64,000 nucleotides of DNA from an uncultured virus (IMG/VR IMGVR_UViG_3300031241_000001) (IMGVR_UViG_3300031241_000001), one strand, 5' to 3'. Numbered from the stretch's first letter, positions 44,557 through 56,800 are shown. Notes: a model not told the origin generated them from the letters alone. Made by a program: numbers and translations.

Positions 44557-45366
44557 ATGAGGGACCCCCTCGCGCTCTCCTACGGCATGGGCGTCGACTC
44601 GACCGCCGTGCTCGTCGGCTGGTGGCGGCGCGGCATCCGGCCGCACTGGATCGGCCACGCGCAGGTCGGCAACGAGTGGCCCGAGACCTACGCGTACCGC
44701 CCCGTCATCGACGCTTGGCTCATCCAGGTTGGCTTCCCGACGATCACCGACGTGCAGTACGTCGTGAAGCGCCCCAAGCACGGGCACTACGCGACGCTCG
44801 AGGAGAACTGCCTGGTCAACCAGACGCTGCCGTCGCTCGCGTTCGGCTACAAGAAGTGCAGCCTCAAGTGGAAGGGTGAGCCGCTCGACGCCGCGTGCGC
44901 CGACTACTTCGCCGGCCATATCAAGGCGGGCGGCAAGGTCGTCCGCGCGATCGGCTACGACGCGGGCCCGTGCGACTCGCGACGCGGTGGCGTCGAGACC
45001 CAGGGCCCGTGGACGTGGGCCTACCCCCTGCGCGAGTGGGGCTGGGACCGCGACCGCTGCGTGGAGGAGATCGCCAGGGCGGGGCTGCCGGTGCCGCCGA
45101 AGTCGGCGTGCTGGTTCTGCCCCTCCACGAAACCCGCCGAGCTGATCCAGCTCGCGCGGCGGCACCCGGACCTCGCGCGCCGCGCCGTCGAGATGGAGGA
45201 CCGGGCGCGCCCGGGGCTGACGAAGATCGAGGGCCTGTGGGGCACGGGCGTCAAGGGCACGCGCGGCGGTGAGAAGAAGCCCGGGTCGTGGCGCGTGTTC
45301 CTGACGGAGCACGCGCCGGAGGTGCTGCCGGAGCTGCCGCCGCCCGCGAAGAAGGACGCCGCGTGA
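44557..45366 (+). CDS. PAPS-reductase-like (PP-loop) protein
   Basis: LSYGMGVDSTA, KCSLKWK, IGYDAG, YPL, PPKSACWFCP. Confidence 0.75.
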   Translation: MRDPLALSYGMGVDSTAVLVGWWRRGIRPHWIGHAQVGNEWPETYAYRPVIDAWLIQVGFPTITDVQYVVKRPKHGHYATLEENCLVNQTLPSLAFGYKKCSLKWKGEPLDAACADYFAGHIKAGGKVVRAIGYDAGPCDSRRGGVETQGPWTWAYPLREWGWDRDRCVEEIARAGLPVPPKSACWFCPSTKPAELIQLARRHPDLARRAVEMEDRARPGLTKIEGLWGTGVKGTRGGEKKPGSWRVFLTEHAPEVLPELPPPAKKDAA

Positions 45367-48052
45367 AGCGCTTCATCGTCGTGCAGGCGTCCACTAGTGG
45401 GGCGTGGCGTCACTACCTGGCGGCGTGGGAGAGAGGCGTTTCGCGTGTCCAGTCGCAAACGACCCAGCCCAACGACGCGATCCAAGAAGCGAAGCGTCGC
45501 GCGCGTGCTGAGCTGAACAAAATGCACGCTAGTAAACAGGGCCAGAGCTTCCTCGAAAGACACAGCACTTCGAGTGACATTCCTCGTCAGGCAAACACAA
45601 TGGCCCAGGACGTGGCGAAGGATCCGCGGGCACGCCCTGTTTGGCACGCAGACTGTGGGCACGCGCTGCGGCTCGACGAGCAGTCCGCTCGTTTGCTCGT
45701 CGACCAACTCGACACGCTCTATCGTCAGGCCGAAGCTGTGCACCACATGATCGAGGAATTGCTGTGACGAGATCGTTCAACGGACACGAGGTGGCGTTCT
45801 TGATGGGCTGGGCCGAGGGGCACGATCGGGACTTCGTGCTGCACCGCGAGGTGCTCGGCCGACGTTCGGACGGGTACGAGCACGCGCAGGTCGTCGTCGA
45901 GCACCCCGACGGTAAGCTCTACCAGTTCGAGGTGCGCTACGACGACGAGCACGGCATCATCCCGTGCCTCAGTCGGCCAAACGAGCTGACCGAGGCGGTC
46001 GAGGTCGAGGCGGTCGAGGTCGTGACGACCGTCTATCGTCCGAAGGGCACGGATGGCACGACGGGGGCATCTCCGTGATCGGCGGTGTCCTGCGCGCGTT
46101 CGTCTTGCCGCTCGCGCTCGGTGCCTTGATCGTGCTGGCCGTGACCTGTACCTATTGGGTGATGGAGCCGCTGCTCGCGAGCCGCACGGACTACGTCCGA
46201 GGTCTGTGGGAGGGGGCCGTCGTCGTGACGGTCGTCAACGCGGGGAACGCGATCGCGAGGCGCGTGATCAGGCATGTCGACGCACAGAAGGAGGACTCAC
46301 GTGACTGAAGAATCGCGGCCCCAGTGGTCTGACGAGGTCGTCGCCGAGAGCTTCCGTGCCGAGGTCCGCGCGCGCTTCGAGGCGCACAACGTCGCGTACC
46401 GCGCGCGTGAGGCGGCCGAGCTGGAGGCGGTGTTGCTCGAGCATCCCGACAAGCGCGGGCAGCCCGGCTACGAGGTCCGCGACAGCCTTGCTTGGTACGT
46501 GTACCAAGCGTCCGAGGTCCGGATCGACCGGAACTCGGTGTCGATCGTCCTGCCGCGCGGGATCCACATCGGGGTCGACCTCATCTACATGTTCGACCAC
46601 ACCACCGTGGCTGGGGGGAGTCTTTCGATCGGCGCGACGATCGTCGATGGCGAGGCGCGGGCCACGATCGAGATCATGCTCGTCGCCACCTGGGACGATG
46701 CGATGGACGTCGCGTGGCGCAAGGAGGGCCACGATCGCAAGCACGTTTTCGTCGAGCTCTTCGAGGACGACGTTCACACCCTCTGCGGTTTGATTGACGC
46801 GCGCGCCGACGCGGACGCCGAGGCTCTGAAGGTCCGCTCCGACGCGGACACCGAGGTGCTGAAGATTCGCGCCCGGTTGAAACTGGCATTGGAGGTCCTG
46901 TCATGAACGACGCGCTGCCGCTGCCCCCACCTCCCGGCGTCCGTGTCGACTCCTACGGAGACCACTACCCGGTCGCCGTCACCGCGCAGATCGTCGACGT
47001 CGGGGACCCGGACCGTTGGCGCCTCTTCATTGACACGTGGACCTACGACGCTGTTCGAGGGCTGTGGTCGCGCTCGTCGTTTGGTGACGGGCTCACGTCG
47101 ACTGAGGTGCGAAGGCTCTTCGAGCACGTGACCAAGCACGCACCTGGGGTCCTGCCGTGAGCCGCCGCGTGTTCACGCAGGCTGAGCGCTGGAGCCGCGC
47201 GATCGACGGCGGAGCGGACGTCTACGGCGAGGACTCGTGCGCCTACTGTGGGCGTCCCGTGCGCCCGGAAGCTGTTCGCCTGTACACGGCGCGCACGAAC
47301 GACGGCGAGTGGTGGCTCGTGTCCGCGGACGAGGACCTCGCGGGCGCTGAGTGGAAGGACTTCCAGACCCAGCTCAACGGTAGCCGCGCGCCGACGCTCT
47401 TGCCGGTCGGTCCCGACTGTCTGCGCGATCACCCGGAGTTCGCCTTCGCGGTGGCCGAGTACGCGGGGAGCGGCCGGAGCCGGAGGACCTCGTGACGCGC
47501 GGATCGGGGGTCCACGACGACGTCTCGAGGCACTTCGGAGTGTGCTCGCAGTGCGCGAGCGTCCAGCCGGAGAGCGTCCGTGTCGCGCAGCCTGAGGCGC
47601 TTCGGCGGACCGTCCCCGACGACGTGCTCGTCAAGCTGTGCCTCGCCGGCCGGTCGATCTATCGGGCGTACCTGCGCTGGCTCGCGGAGCCCGACGAGTG
47701 AGCGCCTCCAGCCGCGACTACGACCGGGACCGGGCCCTCTACGACTACGCGGTCCGGCGGGCGCTGTCCGTGTTGGTCGGCTATGCCGCGTGCCGCGGTC
47801 GGGGCTGGCACCATCTCGCCGACGGTGAGGTGATCGTCGCCGCGGAGATGGAGCTGTGACGGCCGACGAGGTGACAAGGGCCCCTGTGCGCGTGCTGCCG
47901 TGTCCCTTCTGCGGCGGGGCTGGCCATCGGTCCGCGCACGAGCACGAGCGCGGCATCGCTGTAGTCTTGGTGCTGGGACGAAGTCGGGCCGTGGCCGTGG
48001 CCGTGGCGCAGCGATCAGCGAGGATCGTCAGCTGATCAGATCAGGTGATGCT

Positions 48053-48752
48053 GTCGAGACCACGACGAGGTCTCGCATCGATTGCGCCGTTCTAGCTTTC
48101 TAGCTTGTTATGCAGGTACTTCTGTCGAGACCACAGCGCGGTTTCGCATCGATCGCGCCGGGCGCCGGGCGCCGAGCGCACCGGTCCCCACTCCGAGGTC
48201 GAGACCATCGCGAGGTCTCGCATCGAGCACGCCCGCTTCCGTGTCTCCTCTACGTCGAGACGTCGAGACCATCGCGAGGTCTCGCATCTCTCGCAGCGCT
48301 TGCGCTGATCTGTGCGTCCGTGCGTCCATCCCTCTACGTCGAGACCACAGCGAGGTCGCGCATTTATCGTTACGTGCTTGTGCTTGAGCGAGAAGCGAGA
48401 ACGGTCCGGGGTCCGGGGTCCCGTGTCCTGTGTCCCGTTATCCGACGCCGACGCCGACGCCCGACGCCTTGTGGACTTTGTCGAGTGTCGAGACCCGAGA
48501 CCCCAGTGAGGTCTCGCAGCGGTGATCTTCGTGCGCACGTCGTCTTCGAGACCACCGCGAGGTCTCGCATTGATCATTGATCGCGCCAGGCACCAGGTAG
48601 CGGCTCTTCGCTCTCCGCTCTCCGTCTCCGTCGACTCAGCGATGATCCAGTCGAGACCACAGCGAGGTCTCGCATCGAGATCGCGTTGGCGAATCCACCG
48701 ATTCACCTCAAGAACGTAAGCGTTGTCGAGACCACAGCAAGGTCTCGCATCG
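48053..48752 (-). CRISPR. Decayed array remnant, ~9 B-type repeats
   Basis: Variants of gtcgagaccaccgcgaggtctcgcatcgat near 48053, 48124, 48198, 48262, 48338, 48487, 48547, 48650, 48725. Confidence 0.85.
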
Positions 48753-48781
48753 TTCGGCACTACACACTACACGGTCAAGAA

Positions 48782-51694
48782 GTCTCGGTTGTTAACCAAC
48801 CGAGCGGGTACGATCATAGGGTGTCCCTTAGAGCCTTAGACAGTGCAGTAGCTTCCTGTCTCAGCCGTCAACCGGCTGAGCAAGTGCGACCAAGGGCCTC
48901 GGGCCTCGGGCTTGTGCCCCTCGGGCCTCGGGCCTCGGGGGTCGGGGAGAATGCACGGACTCCCACTCGTCTCGGGCGTCGACCGACCGAGCAAGTCTTG
49001 CGGTTTGCGGTGTGCCGGTGTGCCGGTGTGCCGGTGTGCCGTGTGCCGTTGCTCAAGTCCCGGTCGTCAACCGGCCGAGTGACCGAGTCTCATGGCACTG
49101 CGCTGTAATCCCCTTGCTGTCTCGGTCGTCAACCGACCAAGCAGGTACTCTCGCTACATGCACATGCGCGCACTGGCACTCACTGACGTCAACCGTCCGT
49201 CTGAGCGTCTGAGCTGCAACAAGCTCAAGGCTGGTCTCGGACGTCAACCGTCCGAGCAGGCGCGATCACTCCGAAGCTCCGTAGGCATAGCTGTCTCGGA
49301 CGTCGGACGTCAACCGTTCGAGCAGGTGTCGATCATCCGCACGAGTGTCGAGTGTCGAGTGTCGAGCGCAAACTCGGGATTCTCTGTCTCGGACGTCAAC
49401 CGTCCGAGCAGGTGCGATCACCTACCAGGGTGAGAGATGGAAACAATCTCCGTCTCGGGCGTCAACCGTCCGAGCAGGTGCGATCACTCTCATAGATCAC
49501 GTGCTCCAGCCTCCAGCCTCCAGCCTCCAGCCTCCAGCCTCCAGACGTCGGATCAGGCTCGTCTCGGACGTCAACCGTCCGAGCAGGTGCGATCACCTGC
49601 CCCCCTGCCCCCCGCAGAGGCCGCAGAGGCGCAAGAACTCTCTCGCCAGTCTCGGACGTCAACCGTCCGAGCAGGTGCGATCACAGGCAGGTTCTCGCCT
49701 GGCTCCCGGCTCCCGGCTCCCGGCTCCACCTAACCAAGGTGTCTCGGACGTTAACCGTCCGAGCAGGTGCGATCACCCGCTCGCTGAGCGTGAGCGTGAG
49801 CGGCCGATCGTAGCGGGTGTCTCGGACGTCAACCGTCCGAGCAGGTGCGATCACACGCGAGCATCGGGTGGCGCTGGCCCTCTCTAAACAATGCGTCTCG
49901 GACGTCAATCGTCCGAGCAGGTGCGATCATCTTCTGGACGCACGACGACAGATTCGGGATTCGGGTTGGCCCAGTCTCGGACGTTAACCGTCCGAGCCGC
50001 ATCCCATGCGGCAGCGGCCCGATCCCTTGTCTCGGACGTCAACCGTCCGAGCAGGTGCGATCACCTCGCACGGGCGCGCGAGCCGTGAGGCCGTGAGCCG
50101 TCGATCGAGCTCAAGTCTCGGACGTCAACCGTCCGAGCAGGTGCGATCACTTGTGCGCGCGCATGCCGCGGGCGGCGGGCGGCGCGTGGTCTCGAACGTC
50201 AACCGTCCGAGCAGGTGCGATCACACGACGACGAATCAGCAGGCAAGGATAACTGCTGGTCTCGGACGTCAACCGTCCGAGCAGGTGCGATCACAGGGGA
50301 CGGACATCTTCGTGTTCGATCTTGGCACGCCTCGACCTCGAGCCACCTATAGTCTCGGACGTCAACCGTCCGAGCAGGTGCGATCACAAGCCACCCGCGA
50401 CGCCTACGCGATGGAGCGTCGAGTCTCGGACGTCAACCGTCCGAGCGTCCGAGCAGGTGCGATCACACGCGCTGTACATCGGCCCCGGCGAGAAGTTCCG
50501 GTCTCGGACGTCAACCGTCCGAGCAGGTGCGATCACACGCGACCCGTGACCCGTTGCGCGAACGCGCGAACGGAACGGCCGGCTCCTCGTCTCGGACGTC
50601 AACCGTCCGAGCAGGTGCGATCACGCTCGGCGGCCAGCTGATCAGCACGCGCGATCGCTTGTCTCGGACGTCAACCGTCCGAGCAGGTGCGATCACAATT
50701 GGCGATCAGTTGCGCGCGGCTGCGCGCTCGTCTCGGACGTCAACCATCCGAGCAGGTGCGATCACCCGCAGTTCGGGCAGGGAGCGTCCTCAAAGATCTG
50801 TCTGTCTCGGACGTCAACCGTCCGAGCAGATGCGATCACCTTCGACCGGTAGCGCGAGCGCTCGGGTACTTGTGGTCTCGGACGTCAACCGTCCGAGCAG
50901 GTGCGATCACGCGTCTCGACGGGGTAGCGCACCGAAATGGTCCGGGTCTCGGACGTCAACCGTCCGAGCAGGTGCGATCACGAGGTCAGCCGGTGTCCCA
51001 AATGCGGCGCCTTCGGGTCTCGGACGTCAACCGTCCGAGCAGGTGCGATCACTTGTGACGCATGTGCTCGCGGCTGGCAGCACTCAGTCTCGGACGTCAA
51101 CCGTCCGAGCAGGTGCGATCACAGGATCACGCGCGTCGCCTCGTTAATCAGTCCGTCGTCTCGGACGTCAACCGTCCGAGCAGGTGCGATCATGCGAGAG
51201 CCGTGCCCGTCTGAATCACGATCTCCCAGCGTCTCGGACGTCAACCGTCCGAGCAGGTGCGATCACCGGCCGGGCGAAGCTTACCCGTTCAACTATCGAG
51301 TGTGGTCTCGGACGTCAACCGTCCGAGCAGGTGCGATCACAGGTGCCGCCTTTTGCTGCGTGTACAGGCGTTGGCTGTCTCGGACGTCAACCGTCCGAGC
51401 AGGTGCGATCACTCACCCATCGGACTGGCCAGTCCCTGGAGATCGGGTCTCGGACGTCAACCGTCCGAGCAGGTGCGATCACACGTCGTGACCGATCTAG
51501 CGATGACTAATCGGTTCGTCTCGGACGTCAACCGTCCGAGCAGGTGCGATCACCCTCGGCGCTGCGCGTAGCTGGTCTGCCCGTCTAGTCTCGGACGTCA
51601 ACCGTCCGAGCAGGTGCGATCACTCGCAGCAGGCGATCCTCAAGCTGGCGCGGCCGATGTCTCGGACGTCAACCGTCCGAGCAGGTGCGATCAC
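48782..51694 (-). CRISPR. CRISPR array A: 36-bp repeat GTGATCGCACCTGCTCGGACGGTTGACGTCCGAGAC, ~33 near-consensus plus ~6 diverged copies
   Basis: Manual count 49234-51694; spacers about 33-38 nt at the right end; decay at the left end gives the orientation; 8-bp stem CTCGGACG/CGTCCGAG. Confidence 0.97.
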
Positions 51695-51843
51695 CGGAGT
51701 TTCTTATTCAGTTGTCAAAGAAGGCACTTGCATCCTTCGATGCAGGCACCGGTAGCTTTACTCCACGCTCGTGCGTGTCGCGAGGGAGGACCCCTCTGAA
51801 TGCTGCTGTACGGCCTGAGGTTTCGGGGGCGCATGAACCTCTT
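51695..51843 (-). promoter_or_regulatory. Array A leader with boxA-like antiterminator and a small hairpin
   Basis: Minus strand TTCTTTGACAACTGAATA (51705-51722), preceded by hairpin TGCATC-GAAG-GATGCA (51729-51744). Confidence 0.65.
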
Positions 51844-53781
51844 CTACGCGGCACGCCGCACCTGCGGCACCGGACCGCTCGACAAGCCGTGCCTGTGGAG
51901 GAGGTTGCGCGCGGCGTTCGCGTCCTGGTCCCAGGTCCGAATGCACGACGAGCAGGTGTGCTCGATCGAGGCTGCCGCGTCGAACGCCTCGACCGAGCCG
52001 CACCACGCGCACGCCTTGGTCGAGTCCGCGGCCTGCTCGGCCTCGACGCGGGCGCCGCGTTTGGGGGCGGCCTTGAGGATCTCGGCGCGAAGCTCGCCGG
52101 GAGCTGCAAGGCGGCTCATGCGGCGCTGCTCGCGCCCGTCGGACGGGTCGCCGTCCTCCGGCGCGGGCTGCTCCCAGCCGTCGACCTCGGTGAGCTTCAT
52201 CGAGGTGTCGTGGTTCGACCCGCTCTCGATCAGGATCGTCGCGTAGCGGGCGGTGAGCTCGGCGGCGATCACGCGCCACACCTCACGGCGGTGGGCGATC
52301 AAGCGATCGCGCTGGTGCTCCTCCCAGTTCTGGAGGTGTCGATCTTGGCGCGCCCACGCCTGGAGCACGGCGAGGATCGGACCGTCGCCGTCGATGCGGT
52401 TGGCCGTCGAGCCGAAGTCCGAAGGGTTGCACTTCTTGCCCTCGGCGCGAGCGACGCGCCAGGCGTCCCAGTCGATCCCAGTCCAAGCGTCGACGAGGGA
52501 GGCGAGCTTGCGGGGGGCGCGCCACTGCGCCAGGCTGCCGACGCGCTCGGCCATCCACGCGGGGGTCTCCCGGTCGAGCAGCCAGGCCGCGAGGCGGTCG
52601 CGCGCGGTCTCGAACTCCTTGTCGCGGATCGACGCCAGGTCGTGGACCTTGGCCATTCCCGTCAGCAGATCGTCGGGCACACGGATCTCGCGCTCGTGCC
52701 CGTGCTCGTCGACGAGGTAACCAACGCGCAGACCGACCTGCACGCCCTGGGCGTCGAACAGCCGCCGCCAGCCCAGGTCGATCGCGCAGGTCCCCTCGCC
52801 GATCGCCACCGGGCAGGCACGAAAGCGCTCGCTCTCGAGCGTGAGCTGGAACCTCCACTCGTAGTGACGGCCGACGCGCTTGCGCACGACGTACGCCCAC
52901 TTGATCACCGCGTCCTTCGGGATGGGTCGGTGGAGGGTGAGGGGGAAGCGCGCGAAGATCGGCTTCCGGTCAGGGTGGCTGCCGACGCGCAGGTCGACGT
53001 ACGTCCGTGCCGCGTGACGGCGCAGGTTGCGCGGGAGGCACGCGGCCTCCTCCCACGTGGCGCACGCTCCGACCTCGGCGCGCGGGTGCTTGTCGGCGAG
53101 ACCAGGGGTCCCCAGCCGGAGCCGGGAGTCCTGCTGCGACAGCAGCTCGCTGACGGTCATGCCGTAGATTCCCGGGGCGCCGTCGCGCGCGATGAGCTGC
53201 GTGCCGATCGATCCGGTCCCGTCGTAGCGCTCGAAGTGGAGCGGGCGCTTCGCCGTCTTGACGGCCTGCTTGACCGAGTTCTCGACGCGGTCGTAGGTGC
53301 CGGTGCGCAGTCCTCGCTCGATGAAGGCGCGGCGGGCCTCCTTGCGGCGCAGCGCCGTGAGCGCGCGCGCGGCCTCGTAGCCCGGCTGGAGCTGCGCCGC
53401 GCGAGACGCCTTGGCCTCGCGCAGCTCCGCGCCGCACAGGGCGCGGAGGTCCTTGGCGCGGGCGAGCACCTCGCGCTCCGCCGTCAGGTCCGGGGCAGCG
53501 ACGCCGGACTTCGCGGCCCGCAGGTCGTCGTAGGCGTCGTCGACGGCACCCGCCGCGTCCTCGTAGTCGCGGAGGGCCGCACCGACGATCGGATCCGCGA
53601 GCTGGACGCCGCGGAGGTCGTCCCAGAGCTTGTGCTCGATCTCGACGAGCGTGTTGCGGTACTGGTGCGCGAGGCGGAACTGCTCTTCGACGCGGTTCAC
53701 CTCGGTGATCGGAGGCAGGCAGCGGTACGAGTAGATCCGGGTCGGGACGTCGGAAGTCTTCTTCCTGGGCTGTCGCGGCAT
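51844..53781 (-). CDS. cas12m: Type V Cas12m-like (V-U1/TnpB-derived) effector A, 645 aa
   Basis: EEQFRLAHQYRNTLVEIE, long helical insert, FERYDGTGSIGTQL, LHRPIP, AIDLGWR, QWRAP, ILIES, AAPGELR, CAWC/CSSC, DQDANAARNL; adjacent array. Confidence 0.85.
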   Translation of the reverse strand: MPRQPRKKTSDVPTRIYSYRCLPPITEVNRVEEQFRLAHQYRNTLVEIEHKLWDDLRGVQLADPIVGAALRDYEDAAGAVDDAYDDLRAAKSGVAAPDLTAEREVLARAKDLRALCGAELREAKASRAAQLQPGYEAARALTALRRKEARRAFIERGLRTGTYDRVENSVKQAVKTAKRPLHFERYDGTGSIGTQLIARDGAPGIYGMTVSELLSQQDSRLRLGTPGLADKHPRAEVGACATWEEAACLPRNLRRHAARTYVDLRVGSHPDRKPIFARFPLTLHRPIPKDAVIKWAYVVRKRVGRHYEWRFQLTLESERFRACPVAIGEGTCAIDLGWRRLFDAQGVQVGLRVGYLVDEHGHEREIRVPDDLLTGMAKVHDLASIRDKEFETARDRLAAWLLDRETPAWMAERVGSLAQWRAPRKLASLVDAWTGIDWDAWRVARAEGKKCNPSDFGSTANRIDGDGPILAVLQAWARQDRHLQNWEEHQRDRLIAHRREVWRVIAAELTARYATILIESGSNHDTSMKLTEVDGWEQPAPEDGDPSDGREQRRMSRLAAPGELRAEILKAAPKRGARVEAEQAADSTKACAWCGSVEAFDAAASIEHTCSSCIRTWDQDANAARNLLHRHGLSSGPVPQVRRAA

Positions 53782-53885
53782 CCGTGAATGGCTAACAGGA
53801 TGATAGACGTTTTGCAAGGCTTCGTGACGGCGGTCCCCCTGGGACAGAGTCACTACCCCGGAGCGTACACGGCGTCCGATTCACG

Positions 53886-56800
53886 TCGAGACCACTGCGA
53901 GGTCTCGCATCGATCGCGTGATCGCCTGTTGGTCGAGGTTTCACATCGATCGTGCCGCCTTGCCGTGCCAGGTGAGCAAGCGCTTGCACACGTCGAGACC
54001 ACAGCGAGGTCTCGCATCGATCGCACCAACCTGAAATCGTCGGCGCCTTCATCCGGACGATTCGTCGGTCGGTTGAGACCACAGCGAGGTCTCGCGTCTC
54101 GCATCGATTGTGCCGAGAGTCGGCGCGGAGTTCTACGTTGACTTCTTCGGGTCGAGACCACCGCGAGGTCTCGCATCGATCAGGCCCGGCAATTTCATTG
54201 GCCGGAACTCCCAGTACCGGCTGGTCGAGACCACCGCAAGGTCTCGCATCGATCCCAGCCCAAATGTGAATCCGTCGAGACCACCGCGAGGTCTTGCATC
54301 GATCATCGATTGGGCCTCCCGCCCGCTCGCCAGCTCGCCGGGTTAGCAGTGGTCTCGACGAGCGGATCTACCGCGAGGTCTCGCATTGATCGTACCCCTT
54401 TTCCCTCGCCGTTTTCGCGGTCGTTGAGACCACTGCGCGCTGCGAGGTCTCGCAGCGATCGGGCCGAGCGGCCGAGCGGCCGAACGGAGCTGCCCCCAGC
54501 TCACGCGCTCGTAGGCTGATCGACCGGCTCGTCGAGACCGCCGCGAGGTCTCGCATCGATCGTGGCACTTCTTCGGGACCATACCCGTCACCTTGAGGAG
54601 AACTCGTCGAACCTCGTCGAGACCACCGTGGTCTCGCATCGATCGTGCCAATCGATTCGCGCAACGTCGATCGTGTCTGATTCGACGAGCTCGGGGCGAA
54701 GCGGTCGAGACCACAGCGAGGTCTCGCATCGATCATGCCTGTGGTGACGAAAAGGGCTGACAACGGTGACCTGTGGGTCGAGACCACAGCGAGGTCTCGC
54801 ATCGATCGTGCGTCGGTGACTTGCTTCGATCGTGTCTTTGTCGGGGGCTTGCGCGAAACTTGGACCATGGGCAGTCGAGACCACAGCAAGGTCTCGCATC
54901 GATCACACCTGCGAACGGCGAGCTTCACAGTCAAGACGGCGCGCATTGATCTTGGCAGGCTTCAAGTTTCAAGTCCCTCGTGCGCCTTATCGTCCGTATC
55001 GTCGCGTTCTGGTCGAGACCATCGCGAGGTCTCGCATCGATTGCACCAGGGCTGCTCTGTGCCCTGGGGGCATGCTCGGTGCTCGGCTGCTCGTCGAGAC
55101 CCCTGCAAGGTCTCGCACTGACCGGAACTGATTCGCAACCACCTGTCGAGACCACCGCAAGGTCTCGCATCGATTGTGCCGTTTGTACGTGAGGTTGATG
55201 AGGGGACGTCGAGAGTCGAGACCACCGCTCCTCATGGCAGCGTCGGGGTGGACCAACGACCAACGGTCGAGACCACCGTGAGGTCTCGCATTGATCGTGC
55301 CCCCTTCTTGGGCCAGCAGGCGTCCTCCGTCAAGTGGTCGAGACCACAGCACAGCGAGGTCTCGCATCGATCGCGCCTCGATATCGCGCGGGCGCGCGGT
55401 GGTGGCTCAATGCTCAATGTTGTCGAGACCGTAGATGACCTGCGGCATTGCGGCACATTGAGCGTGGTCGAGACCACAGCGAGGTCTCGCATCGATTGTG
55501 TCACTCGGCGATCTCGTTGTCCGTACCCCGTCGCCGCAGTCGAGACCACAGCGAGGTCTCGCATCGATTGTGCCCGACCTCGTGATTCGTGATTCGACGT
55601 GAGGATGGAGATCCCGGTGTCGAGATCTCGCGTCGATTGTGCCGTGGACGCCAAGTGGAGCGAGAGCCTTGGTAAAGCTGTCGAGACCACCGCGAGGTCT
55701 CGCATCGATCGTGCCAAGTAGGCTGCACATGAGTCGATGGCCGTTCGGCGTGTCGAGACCACCGCGAGGTCTCGCATCGATCGAGCTTGCGCACAGGTTT
55801 TCGAGACCACCGCGAGGTCTCGCATCGATCGTGCCGTGAAGACGTAGTCCCCGCGCGGCGGACTCGCATTGTCGAGACCACCGCGAGGTCTCGCATCGAT
55901 TGTGCCCGTCAGCCCAAGCACCCTGTCGCGCTGGGAGTCGAGACCACCGCGAGGTCTCGCATCGATTGTGCCGCCTAGGCGCAGGCGTCTCACCTACGCA
56001 ATCGCTAAGTCGAGACCACCGAGGTCTCGCATCGATCGTGCCGGGGGGCCGGGGATCGTCGACCGTCGGCCCAACTGCGGACAGTCTAGGCGAGACCACA
56101 GCGAGGTCTCGCATCGATCGTGCCCAGCGCTTGCTCGCTTCCTCTTCGCGCGCCGATGACGACGTGTTGCGGCGGTAACAGGTAACAGGTGCGCACCGGG
56201 TGTTTGGGTCGAGACCACAGCGAGGTCTCACATCGATTGTGCCCCGGCTAAGCTGAAGAACCGTGACCCCAAACTACGGCGAGTCGAGACCACAGCGAGG
56301 TCTCGCATTGATTGTGCCCCGTGACCAGGCTCGAGTACGTCAGCTTCAGCACCGTAGGGTCGAGACCACAGCAAGGTCTCGCATCGATTGTGCCAGCCTC
56401 AGGCTCCGCGTCCTGCTATTCCCGTTCGTCCAAGTCGAGACCAGCGCGGTCTCGCATCGATTGTGCCACGTGCCACGCGAGCCGCATCCCAGCCGTCAGG
56501 GTGTCGAGACCACCGCGAGGTCTCGCATCGATTGATTGTGACGCCGTGCAGCGCGCCAAGAATCGGGGCGATGCCAGTGTCGAGACCACCGAGGTCTCGC
56601 ATCGATTGTGCCGTACCGCCGCGAGCGCGCCTTGACCGACGTAGAGCGTGTCGAGACCACCGCGAGGTCTCGCGTCTCGCATCGATTGTGCCGCGACACT
56701 CGCCGAAGTCGACCTCCGATCCCGACCCTGTCGAGACCACCGCGAGGTCTCGCATCGATTGTGCCTCCGCACCGTGCGCTGCGCGCTTCGGTGTCGTCTG

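Noticed and set aside
51685..53787. 700-aa plus-strand ORF
   Set aside because: Antisense shadow of effector A in high-GC DNA, with no motifs
53782..53853. N-terminal extension of effector A to 53853 and a TTGCAA promoter
   Set aside because: ATG at 53781 fits the family start better; no well-spaced -10 box, so no promoter is called
48753..53885. Target duplication or terminal repeats around nested module A
   Set aside because: Only short scattered matches (cactac, tacacgg); no convincing ends, so the insertion mechanism is unsupported
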